In this document: piece after piece, positions 56,098-64,000 of the stretch
Layout of the letters: each line of letters starts with the position of its first letter
Position numbering within the stretch: position 1 is the stretch's first letter
Source of the DNA: Treponemataceae bacterium
Lineage (GTDB): Bacteria; Spirochaetota; Spirochaetia; Treponematales; Rectinemataceae
Length of the DNA stretch: 64,000 nt
Direction: 5' to 3'
Assembly: GCA_963677895.2 (NCBI GenBank)
Contig: CAXXGJ010000006.1
Span: 256,001-320,000 of the forward strand
Made by a program: the position numbers and the translations under genes
Notes under the pieces: model-generated
The model's input: only the letters and a program-made list of their open reading frames with translations
The model's database searches: none
What the model was told of the DNA's origin: nothing

Positions 56098-58812
56098 CTA
56101 ATTCCGTATTTTCCGCGAATCCAGCCAGTTCCGAAGCGGCGGCAGCGTCTCCGCCACCAGCCCGACCAGGTCGGTTCCCATATCCTCGTCGTATCGCGAA
56201 AGAATGAAACCGGTTAGTTCCTCGTCGAGCATAGGCCGGTCCAGGGCGCCCAGAAGATCGCCGAGAGGGCGCGCCGGCGCCGTGCCTTTGCTGTTTCGCG
56301 GCGCCGCGCTTTTGCCGCTCCACAGCGTCGAAACGGGAGAGCTCGACAGCTCGAACAGCGAAATGAGCGAATTCCTGGTGCGCGGTTCTTCGCGGTAGAG
56401 GTAGAGGAGATCGAGAATGGCTATGTATTTCTCCTCTCCCTCGTTTTCTATGATCCTCGGTATGATCTCCTCGATATTGTGCCTGCGCAGTCTCAGAACG
56501 GCCATGTATTTCCCGCCGCCTTCGATGAATCCGGCGACGAAGTCCGACCAGATCTTCGTCTGGACGATGCTGGGAATTTTCAGCATATTGCCGAGCGGGG
56601 CGAAAACGGCCGCGAAGGGCCACGCGATCACGCTGCGGAAGAAGTTCGCGCGCACAACCTTCTTGTCGAAACCGCGCAACGTGTTGTGCGCGGCGAGGTA
56701 TAGTCCGTTCGCGAAAGAGATGACGAAAAACTTGGCCAGGTTGAAAAACATGCCATCCTGCGCCCATGGCCAGACGATATCGAAATTCGACTTGACGAAT
56801 CCGAGGATGGGCACCGAAAAGCCCGTCCAGAACAAGGATTGGGCGACATTGTCGAAACTGATGCTTTTCAGTTTCCATTCGCTGAGCCGGCCGCCGCGGT
56901 TTGATACGAGGTCGGCGACGCTGTTCCTGAAGCCGGTGATGCCCAGCCACAGCAGCGCGTAGGACCAGCCTATGAAATGATTGGCCACGATGAAACCGAT
57001 GAAGGTGTAAAGATAATTCTTCAAGGATGGGTTGAGATAACGCCATACCTTCCGGGGCGGTATGAAAGCGTTTTCGGCCGACGAACCTTCTCCCGCGCCG
57101 CCCCACTCCGAAAGCTTGCCCAGGCAGACAATGGGCGATACCGAATTTGCGTCGGATTCCCGGACTGGCTTTCCTTCCGCGTCGATCATGGCCGAGATGA
57201 AAGGCGAAAGCGCTATGTGCCGGGAAAGGAAATTCCCTTTTCGCGAGCCGAGGATCCTGTCTTCCCGGGTAAACCCCATGCCGGGTATTTTCGGATGCCG
57301 GCCGGTGGAATCGCTTCCGCATACGGGAATATAGGGAGCCTTGCCTTCCTTGAGCGCGCGCTCATTGAGCGCGTTGACGCGGACGGCGAAGCCTTGTATT
57401 TCTCCAGGATCGCGCCCAACGCAGTCCTGGATATTGTAAAGTTCGACGAGATCGATGACGCCGCGGTATTCCGTCAATACTTCGACCGCTTTCTCCACGC
57501 CGTGCTCAAGTGGATGGAGCATTTTGAGTCCGCATCCCGCCGTCGAAAGCATCGATTTTACCGCCGCTATATCGTCGAAGGCTGACTGGTAGTCGATCAG
57601 GGCGGGGCCGTCGAAGTACTGCTTGAGGAGGCTGTCAGGCGACATGCCCTTGAAGGTCTTCTTCAGGTTTGCGTATGTTTCGTCGATGGCGCGGTGTTCG
57701 GCTTCCGTGCCGCGCTTGCGTTTCCATTCGTCTTGGGCCTTGCTTTTCCGCACTTTAAGCAGAAGTAGCCTGTTGAACATGACCGGCCTAAGCGTGCTGT
57801 AGAGGAATTCAGCCAGATGGATGCGATTGATGCTCATCGTGGGAATGAAAGCGTTCAACGCTTCAAACGTCAGTTCCGGTACCGTGTAGAGCGGTTCGTC
57901 CGGGAACCCCCTGTTCAGGGCTTCGAGCGAGGCGACGTTGAACTCCTGCAGCACCCCGCGCACCGCCTCTATCCGATGGTTCTGGTTCTTCTCGAGGTCG
58001 GCGAAAAAATCCCGGAGGGCATCGGCATTCGTCTGGAAAAAAGCCCTGGCGTCGGCCGGCGTCCTCATTCGAGGCAGGATCGCCATGAAATGGAAACGGC
58101 GGCCCTGGACGGCCATGCTGAACTCGAAGCCGATGTTGATCCTGATGCCGATGATCCGTCCCGCCTCCAGGACTTCTTCCATCATTTCGATGTCGGAGGG
58201 AGAGCCGTAGGCCACCGTAAGCTCGGAAATGCCTTTTATGAACGCGTCGATAATGAGCTGGGTGGGATTTTTCCGGCCCGAGGTGGCCGTGTCGTGGACA
58301 TGGTCGTCCCAGCCGTAGTCGAAATCCTCGAGCCTTGTCCCGTTTTCCGGGAGGAGAACGATATTGAGTTCATCGCAGAGCCGCTGGATGACCTGTTTCT
58401 GGCCATGCGTGGATATGGAAAAATCGTGAAGTAGTTCCAGCTGCCGTCTTTTGTTCTGCCTGTTCTTCACCGCTTCCTTCATGAGCGCCATCTGGACGCG
58501 GGCGGTGTTGAGGGGCAGGTCGAGGCTTTTCGAGTTGAAGGACGCGTCGACGAGGACGCGAAGCGCTTCGAGCCTCGAGCGGGAATGCCTCGAATCGAGG
58601 TTGGAAACGACCATAAGGTAGGATTCCGCGATCGAAATCCTCCGGTGCGAAAACCAGCGATTTACGCCGCGAACGCTGGAGGAGGGGGCGGCGATACTGT
58701 CAGGGCTGTCTATTTTGGCGTTCAGCTCGCGCCGCATCTTGCGCAGCTCGGCGGAAAAGCTGAGAGAACCGATGGCCGATTTATAGACTCTCTGGACGGC
58801 TGACTTTTTCAT
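56098..58812 (-). CDS. 904-aa protein with a PHP-like metallo-domain and C-terminal membrane segments
   Basis: DDHVHD..TSGRKNP, GFEF, HP, GSDSTG; hydrophobic segments after about residue 600. Confidence 0.65.
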   Translation of the reverse strand: MKKSAVQRVYKSAIGSLSFSAELRKMRRELNAKIDSPDSIAAPSSSVRGVNRWFSHRRISIAESYLMVVSNLDSRHSRSRLEALRVLVDASFNSKSLDLPLNTARVQMALMKEAVKNRQNKRRQLELLHDFSISTHGQKQVIQRLCDELNIVLLPENGTRLEDFDYGWDDHVHDTATSGRKNPTQLIIDAFIKGISELTVAYGSPSDIEMMEEVLEAGRIIGIRINIGFEFSMAVQGRRFHFMAILPRMRTPADARAFFQTNADALRDFFADLEKNQNHRIEAVRGVLQEFNVASLEALNRGFPDEPLYTVPELTFEALNAFIPTMSINRIHLAEFLYSTLRPVMFNRLLLLKVRKSKAQDEWKRKRGTEAEHRAIDETYANLKKTFKGMSPDSLLKQYFDGPALIDYQSAFDDIAAVKSMLSTAGCGLKMLHPLEHGVEKAVEVLTEYRGVIDLVELYNIQDCVGRDPGEIQGFAVRVNALNERALKEGKAPYIPVCGSDSTGRHPKIPGMGFTREDRILGSRKGNFLSRHIALSPFISAMIDAEGKPVRESDANSVSPIVCLGKLSEWGGAGEGSSAENAFIPPRKVWRYLNPSLKNYLYTFIGFIVANHFIGWSYALLWLGITGFRNSVADLVSNRGGRLSEWKLKSISFDNVAQSLFWTGFSVPILGFVKSNFDIVWPWAQDGMFFNLAKFFVISFANGLYLAAHNTLRGFDKKVVRANFFRSVIAWPFAAVFAPLGNMLKIPSIVQTKIWSDFVAGFIEGGGKYMAVLRLRRHNIEEIIPRIIENEGEEKYIAILDLLYLYREEPRTRNSLISLFELSSSPVSTLWSGKSAAPRNSKGTAPARPLGDLLGALDRPMLDEELTGFILSRYDEDMGTDLVGLVAETLPPLRNWLDSRKIRN

Positions 58813-59013
58813 CTGCTCCTATCCTCATCATGTTAAGCGAACAAGTAGTGTAGAATCTGCGCGGCTGATGGTCAACCGGATTTTTGTTCAACGATGGATT
58901 TAAAATCGGCTCCTAGGAGACAGACCATGAGCCTGAGGGGGTTCCGCATAGTGACAGCGGGCACAGAACGCTTTATGGTAAAGAATGCATATTTGACGGG
59001 GAGGAAGATCAGC

Positions 59014-59298
59014 ATGTTCATCATAATGTCGACGTATCTGAAACCGATGGACCAGGTGGATGCCTTTTTGAAGGCCCATAGGGCATTTTTGGATGCTCAA
59101 TACGCGAAGGGCGTCTTTCTGGCCTCGGGGCCCAAGGTTCCGAGGACAGGCGGGGTAATCCTGGCCAAGGCTTCCTCGAGGGACGAGCTGGAAGCGATCA
59201 TGAAGGAAGACCCGTTTTCCCAAAACGGAATCTCCAAATACGAATTCATCGAGTTTGCGCCGGGGAAAGTGGCGCCCGGGCTGGAAAAGCTGCTATAA
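59014..59298 (+). CDS. YciI-family protein
   Basis: HRAFLD, ASGPKVPRTGGVIL, EDPF. Confidence 0.9.
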   Translation: MFIIMSTYLKPMDQVDAFLKAHRAFLDAQYAKGVFLASGPKVPRTGGVILAKASSRDELEAIMKEDPFSQNGISKYEFIEFAPGKVAPGLEKLL

Positions 59299-59319
59299 AG
59301 CATCGCGGGAGGACGCGGC

Positions 59320-60255
59320 ATGAAAAATATCGCGGTAATAGGCATAGGCGGAATCGGCGGGTATTTCGGAGGGAAGCTCACCCAGCTTCTTGGGCGGGAC
59401 TCGCAGGTCAATGTATATTTCATAGCGCGGGGCAGGCAGCTGGAGGCGATACAGTCGGGCGGCCTCGTCCTGGACGCCGAGGAAGGGCGGATGGCCTGCG
59501 TTCCCACGAAAGCGATGGAACGCATCGCGGACCTGCCTCCGCTGGATTATTGCCTGATCTGCGTCAAGGGTTATGACTTGGCGGAGGTGCTTCGGCAGCT
59601 GAAAGATAAGATCTCCGACTCCACCGTGATCCTGCCCCTGCTCAATGGCGTCGACATATTCGAGCGTGTGCGCGCCGTCATCAAGAATGGCTATCTACAT
59701 CCCGCCTGTGTCTACATCAGCAGCTTCGTGGAAAAACCGGGCGTCGTGATTCAGCGCGGGCCCTCGAGCACGATACTTCTCGGCCCCGATCCCGGGCGGA
59801 ATCCGGAGGACAGGTCAATTCTCGCGCCGCTCGAGGCGGCGGGGATAAAGCATGGCTGGAAGGAAGAGCCTTTCGTCGAAATATGGAACAAGTACCTTTT
59901 CATCGCTCCCTTCGGCCTCGTCACCGCGAATACGGGCAAAACCATCGGCGAAGCGCTGCGGTCGGAAGAAGACTTAAGCACCGTGAAGTCGATCATGGGC
60001 GAAATCGTGGCGCTCGCCCGCGCGAAAGGGATTGGGCTGTCCGCCGGCATCGTCGAGGAAACGCTGGCGAAGACGGCCAAGTTTCCGGCCGAAACCAGGA
60101 CTTCTTTCCAGAGGGATGTCAGCGTTGCGGAGAAGCCGGACGAAAGGGATCTGTTCGCCGGTTCGATAATCAGGATGGGCAAGTGTTTCGCCATACCCAC
60201 CCCTGTCACTGAGGCGGTTTTCGCTTCGATCGAGCGAAAGAAGCCGGGGCGTTAG
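59320..60255 (+). CDS. panE: 2-dehydropantoate 2-reductase family
   Basis: GIGGIGG, CVKGYD, LLNG, WNKY, TSFQRD. Confidence 0.85.
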   Translation: MKNIAVIGIGGIGGYFGGKLTQLLGRDSQVNVYFIARGRQLEAIQSGGLVLDAEEGRMACVPTKAMERIADLPPLDYCLICVKGYDLAEVLRQLKDKISDSTVILPLLNGVDIFERVRAVIKNGYLHPACVYISSFVEKPGVVIQRGPSSTILLGPDPGRNPEDRSILAPLEAAGIKHGWKEEPFVEIWNKYLFIAPFGLVTANTGKTIGEALRSEEDLSTVKSIMGEIVALARAKGIGLSAGIVEETLAKTAKFPAETRTSFQRDVSVAEKPDERDLFAGSIIRMGKCFAIPTPVTEAVFASIERKKPGR

Positions 60256-60258
60256 CGA

Positions 60259-60687
60259 ATGCTGAACGAAGAAACCGTCAGGGCGCTCTGGTCGAAAACC
60301 TACAACACGCAGGGCAAACCCGACTGGTCCCATATCTACCCCTATTACCATCCCGATATCGTCTTCCAGGACTCGATACAGAAAATCGAGGGAATCGAGG
60401 AATTCAAGGCGCTCTGCGGGCGGCTGACGGAACGCTGCCGGGAACTCAGGATGGATATCCATGCCGTGGCACGCGACGGGAATGTCATATTCCTGCAGTG
60501 GACCATGACGATGATGTTCAAGAAATTCCCGAGCACGCCCGTCTATGGCTCGACGGTGCTCACCCTCCACGAGGACGGCAGGATCATAGGACAGCGCGAT
60601 TATTACGATTTGTGGGGCGATATTTTCAATGGCATTCCCTGGTTCCGGGCGCGATACCGGAAGTTCATGCGCAAGCGTTTTGGTTGA
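60259..60687 (+). CDS. SnoaL/NTF2-like protein
   Basis: YHPDIVFQDS, WTM, GRIIGQRDYYD. Confidence 0.88.
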   Translation: MLNEETVRALWSKTYNTQGKPDWSHIYPYYHPDIVFQDSIQKIEGIEEFKALCGRLTERCRELRMDIHAVARDGNVIFLQWTMTMMFKKFPSTPVYGSTVLTLHEDGRIIGQRDYYDLWGDIFNGIPWFRARYRKFMRKRFG

Positions 60688-60700
60688 GTCCGGAGAAATA

Positions 60701-61636
60701 ATGAAACGAGAACTGCCCGAGCAGCTGCGGTTCCTGGCGAGCAGGAAGGCGGTACAGAAAACCTGTGTGGAATCGATGAGGGGAAAGCGCTGCGTCATCA
60801 CCGGCTCCACTTCGGGCGTGGGCCTTCAGGCGCTGCGGCGCCTCGCCCAGGCTGGCGCCGATATCGTCATGGTCTGCCGCGACAAGGCGAAAGCGGAGGC
60901 GATCGCCGCTGAAGTCGCCGCCGCTTCCGCGGCGACCCTTCACCGGGTGCGCGTCGACATAGTGATCGCGGATTTCAGCGACTTGAGCCAGGTGAGGAAG
61001 GCAGCGGCCGAGATCCTCGAGCGCTGTCCGCGCATCGACGTCCTCATCAATTCGGCGGGGCTCCATTCGACGACGCGCAAGCTCACGCGCGAAGGTTTCG
61101 AGCTGGTGTTCTGCGTCAATCACCTCGCCTCCTTTCTCCTCACGAGCCTTCTCCTTGACCGGCTCAAGGAGAGCGCTCCTTCGCGCATTATTCAGGTGAA
61201 TTCCGAGGGGCACCGCTTCGGCGGCCTGGACCTGGACGATCTCGACTGGAGCAAGCGACGTTATGCGGGATTGAAAGGCTACGGCTCTTCAAAAATCGCG
61301 CAACTTCTCACCGTCTGGGAATTCGACGATCGGCTTCGGGGCAGCGGCGTCACCATCAACGCGGTTCATCCCGGGGATGTGCGCACCAATATCGGCAACA
61401 ACAACGGCCCGCTCTACAGGCTTTTCAAGAACACGGTCATATGGCTGATGCTCAAGGATCCCGTCATTTCGGGGGAAGCCCTGTACTGGCTCGCGGCGTC
61501 CGGGGAAGCGGGAAAAGTCAGCGGGAAATTCTTCCATCTGACGGTGGAGGAAAAACCCACCGAGACGGCGCTGAACCGCGATCTGGGCAAAAGAGTCTGG
61601 GAGATTAGCAGAACCTTGACCAGTCTGGACGTTTAG
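60701..61636 (+). CDS. SDR oxidoreductase (retinol-dehydrogenase-like)
   Basis: TGSTSGVG, INSAG, VNHLASFLL, YGSSK, HPG. Confidence 0.92.
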   Translation: MKRELPEQLRFLASRKAVQKTCVESMRGKRCVITGSTSGVGLQALRRLAQAGADIVMVCRDKAKAEAIAAEVAAASAATLHRVRVDIVIADFSDLSQVRKAAAEILERCPRIDVLINSAGLHSTTRKLTREGFELVFCVNHLASFLLTSLLLDRLKESAPSRIIQVNSEGHRFGGLDLDDLDWSKRRYAGLKGYGSSKIAQLLTVWEFDDRLRGSGVTINAVHPGDVRTNIGNNNGPLYRLFKNTVIWLMLKDPVISGEALYWLAASGEAGKVSGKFFHLTVEEKPTETALNRDLGKRVWEISRTLTSLDV

Positions 61637-61644
61637 GCTGGCGG

Positions 61645-63276
61645 CTACTTCCGCAGGTCCTTTATGATCCTGTCTGAAGCCAGCTTGCCCGTCAGGATGG
61701 AGATGGGCAGTCCCGAAGGGCTGAACGACCACTGGCCGGCCTGGTAGACGCCGGGAATGGGAGTCAGGACCGAGCGGGCGACCGATGGGAGGCTGTGCAC
61801 GGCTGGCATGCTATCATTGGTGAATGCCCAGCCGGTGATGGCCCCGTCGGTATTCCCCGTGATCGCCTCGATGGTCAGCGGCGTCGAGGTGAAGCTGTCG
61901 AGCACGGCGGCCTTCAGTCCGGGGAAGATCGCCGTTTCCAGCACCTCCACGATGCGGGCCGCGCAGAAATCCTTGAATTCATCGTACCAACCCAGATCCC
62001 TGAAATGTCTGACCAAGGAATAATCCATGAGCGAACTGATGATGAGCCCCGTCTTTCCCTCAGGCGCCAGGCTTGGATCCCTCAGGGCAGGGCAGGATAT
62101 CTCGTAGGTGGTGCGGTCCAGGTAGCGCCCGAGCCAGTCGAAGAGCTTCTGCCTGTCTCCCGTCAGGGAGGGCTGGCTTGCGGAGACCGCTTCGCCGGGG
62201 ACCTCGAGCTCCGCCCAGAGGACCGTTGAGAGGCCTTTCGTAAGGGGCGTGTAGAAGAAATGGGCGCTGGCGATCCGCGAAAAATAGTCGGGCGGGAGAT
62301 CCAGGGCTAAATTGAGCGTGAAGATTGAATCGCCTCCGCGCTTGTTCGCCACTTCGATGGCTTTGTCCTCGATGCTTTTTTTCGCCTTGGCGGGGAGGCC
62401 GCTTTCTCCGATCTTTTTCAGATCGAGACAGCGGTAGAGCGCCCTGCAGTCGGCCGCCCAGACCAGCCTCCCGTACGAATGCTCGATGCCTCTGGAATCC
62501 CGGATCTTGCCCGCGACGGGATCGAGGCCAGTCACTTCGGTCTCTTTCATGATCTCCCCGCCATGGGCGAGAATGTATTCCTCAAGCTTCGCGGGCAGGG
62601 CGCCCGTCCCTCCCCTGGGATATTTATAATCCAGGTAGAGGCTAAAATAGCTCAAGGCGAAGAAGGTGGGCGTCTTCCTGAAGAAGTGCTGGCCGAACAT
62701 ATCGATGAGAGGCTGGCTGGAAGTGAATCCCGCGAGGTATTCGTCCACGGGCATGGCGAGCCGGCCGACCTTGGGCATGGTTCGGATATACTTGATCATC
62801 CAGGGCAGAATAGTCTTGAAGACGTATTGGGGGTCACTCTTGAGGTCGAGGAAGAGCGGATTGTCGATGCCGTACAGCACGTCCATGTACTCCATCACCC
62901 TGGCGATTTCGCCTATGATGGCCTTCACGTCGGCTTGATTGTCCGGAAACTTGCGGCAGAGAAGGTCGCTGTAGTCCTTCAGGCTTTCGTCGGACGACAG
63001 CTTGACGATCTCGTCGCCAAAACCAATCGACACGGCGCTCGGGAGAAAGTCGAGGTCTATCCCGAGCCGCTTCAGCATCGGGAGGACAATGCCGGAATTT
63101 TCTATGGCGCGGATCCCGCCGTCGAAGGTGAAGCCGCCGCGGTTAAAGGAAGTGACGAGGCCGCCGATGTTCTTTTCTTTTTCAAGGAGGATCGTTCCGA
63201 GGCCGGCCTTGCACAGGAAGGCCGCGGCGGTGAGGCCCGCCATCCCGCCGCCCACGATCACTACGTCATGCCGCAT
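61645..63276 (-). CDS. Phytoene-dehydrogenase-like FAD oxidoreductase
   Basis: VGGGMAGL, GFTFDGG, YPRGG, TPLT...GAITGW, YQAGQW. Confidence 0.88.
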   Translation of the reverse strand: MRHDVVIVGGGMAGLTAAAFLCKAGLGTILLEKEKNIGGLVTSFNRGGFTFDGGIRAIENSGIVLPMLKRLGIDLDFLPSAVSIGFGDEIVKLSSDESLKDYSDLLCRKFPDNQADVKAIIGEIARVMEYMDVLYGIDNPLFLDLKSDPQYVFKTILPWMIKYIRTMPKVGRLAMPVDEYLAGFTSSQPLIDMFGQHFFRKTPTFFALSYFSLYLDYKYPRGGTGALPAKLEEYILAHGGEIMKETEVTGLDPVAGKIRDSRGIEHSYGRLVWAADCRALYRCLDLKKIGESGLPAKAKKSIEDKAIEVANKRGGDSIFTLNLALDLPPDYFSRIASAHFFYTPLTKGLSTVLWAELEVPGEAVSASQPSLTGDRQKLFDWLGRYLDRTTYEISCPALRDPSLAPEGKTGLIISSLMDYSLVRHFRDLGWYDEFKDFCAARIVEVLETAIFPGLKAAVLDSFTSTPLTIEAITGNTDGAITGWAFTNDSMPAVHSLPSVARSVLTPIPGVYQAGQWSFSPSGLPISILTGKLASDRIIKDLRK

Positions 63277-63449
63277 GCTGCCCCCGATCGCTTACAGATA
63301 TTGCTGTAAATGCATGATACAATATATAGAAGCAAAGTCAACCGAAGCCTTTTCTCGAAAAGGCTTGCCTTGAATGCCCGCGGATTTGGGCATACGCTGC
63401 TGGCGCGGGTTTCATGCCCGCCGCGCATCCGATCGGCAGAAGGATAACC

Positions 63450-64000
63450 ATGAGAAAAGCGAATATCGTTGTAGTGCTTTTGGCGACGCTCGCCGTCGCG
63501 AGCGGATGCGCGTCAGGAGAAAAGAGCGGAACCGCTGATGTCGTTTCGAGCCCGAGCGCGTCCGGAAAGGAAATGCCCGCGATAACGGATTCGCTCAAGC
63601 CGGTTGGCGACGGCGCGCGGACGCTCGTCGTCTACTTTTCTCAAGGGGCGGCGACCAGAAGCGTGGCCGAGGACTTCGGCATTCTTTTGGGCGCCGATAT
63701 GGAGCCTATCGTCGAGAAAAAGACCAGATCGACGGGGCTGTTCAACTTCATGCGCTCCGGATATCAGGCAACGTTTAAAATCGCGAGTCCCATCGTTTCT
63801 CCCGTTCGGGACCCCTCCTCCTATGACAGAGTGATCGTTCTAACGCCGGTATGGTCGTGGAACCTCTGTCCGCCGGTGCGCTCCTGGCTCAGGCTCATGA
63901 AAGGAAAGCTCCCCGCCGCCGCCTTCGTGACGGTTTCGGGCGATACCGACCCCGACAAGATCGTCGCGGCCATGGCAAAAGAATCGGGAACCGAACCCCG
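63450..64000 (+). CDS. Flavodoxin-like lipoprotein, 3'-truncated by the window edge
   Basis: Own translation: MRKANIVVVLLATLAVASGC...TLVVYFSQGAATRSVA...YDRVIVLTPVWSWNLCPPVRSWL. Confidence 0.8.
   Translation, partial: MRKANIVVVLLATLAVASGCASGEKSGTADVVSSPSASGKEMPAITDSLKPVGDGARTLVVYFSQGAATRSVAEDFGILLGADMEPIVEKKTRSTGLFNFMRSGYQATFKIASPIVSPVRDPSSYDRVIVLTPVWSWNLCPPVRSWLRLMKGKLPAAAFVTVSGDTDPDKIVAAMAKESGTEP

Overview
Bacterial chromosomal window, probably from a spirochaete (inferred from spirochaete-type lipoproteins and a small outer-membrane beta-barrel). Positions 1-13,122 are a visibly AT-richer accessory/defence island. It carries a HerA-like ATPase tail, KTSC, RmuC, a tyrosine recombinase with a palindromic site plus a decayed second copy, an sce7726-sce7725-RES trio, ankyrin proteins, a C-protein-like HTH gene with twin operators, and an M.HgiDII-like C5 methyltransferase coupled to a GHKL ATPase with a C-terminal TIR-like domain. 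The island ends in the 3' half of a tRNA(CAT) gene, read as attR. Two progressively more decayed copies of this att sequence (about 14,951 and 32,408) bound older GC-rich segments: ChrB plus MFS, then a large metal-homeostasis region (two-component system, His-rich peptide, P1B-ATPase, peptidase, PIG-L-like protein, Opp/Nik ABC transporter, CsoR/RcnR). The remainder is GC-rich metabolic DNA: a riboswitch-like leader before an unannotated 50-aa membrane protein, a MerR-type redox operon, thrC/tcdA, a TRAP transporter, a molybdenum hydroxylase with a GltD-like module inserted in its FAD subunit, and a 904-aa PHP-like membrane protein. The best candidates for undescribed systems are the methyltransferase + GHKL-TIR pair and the sce7726/sce7725/RES module. 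All family calls come from motif recognition by eye; no database searches were run.
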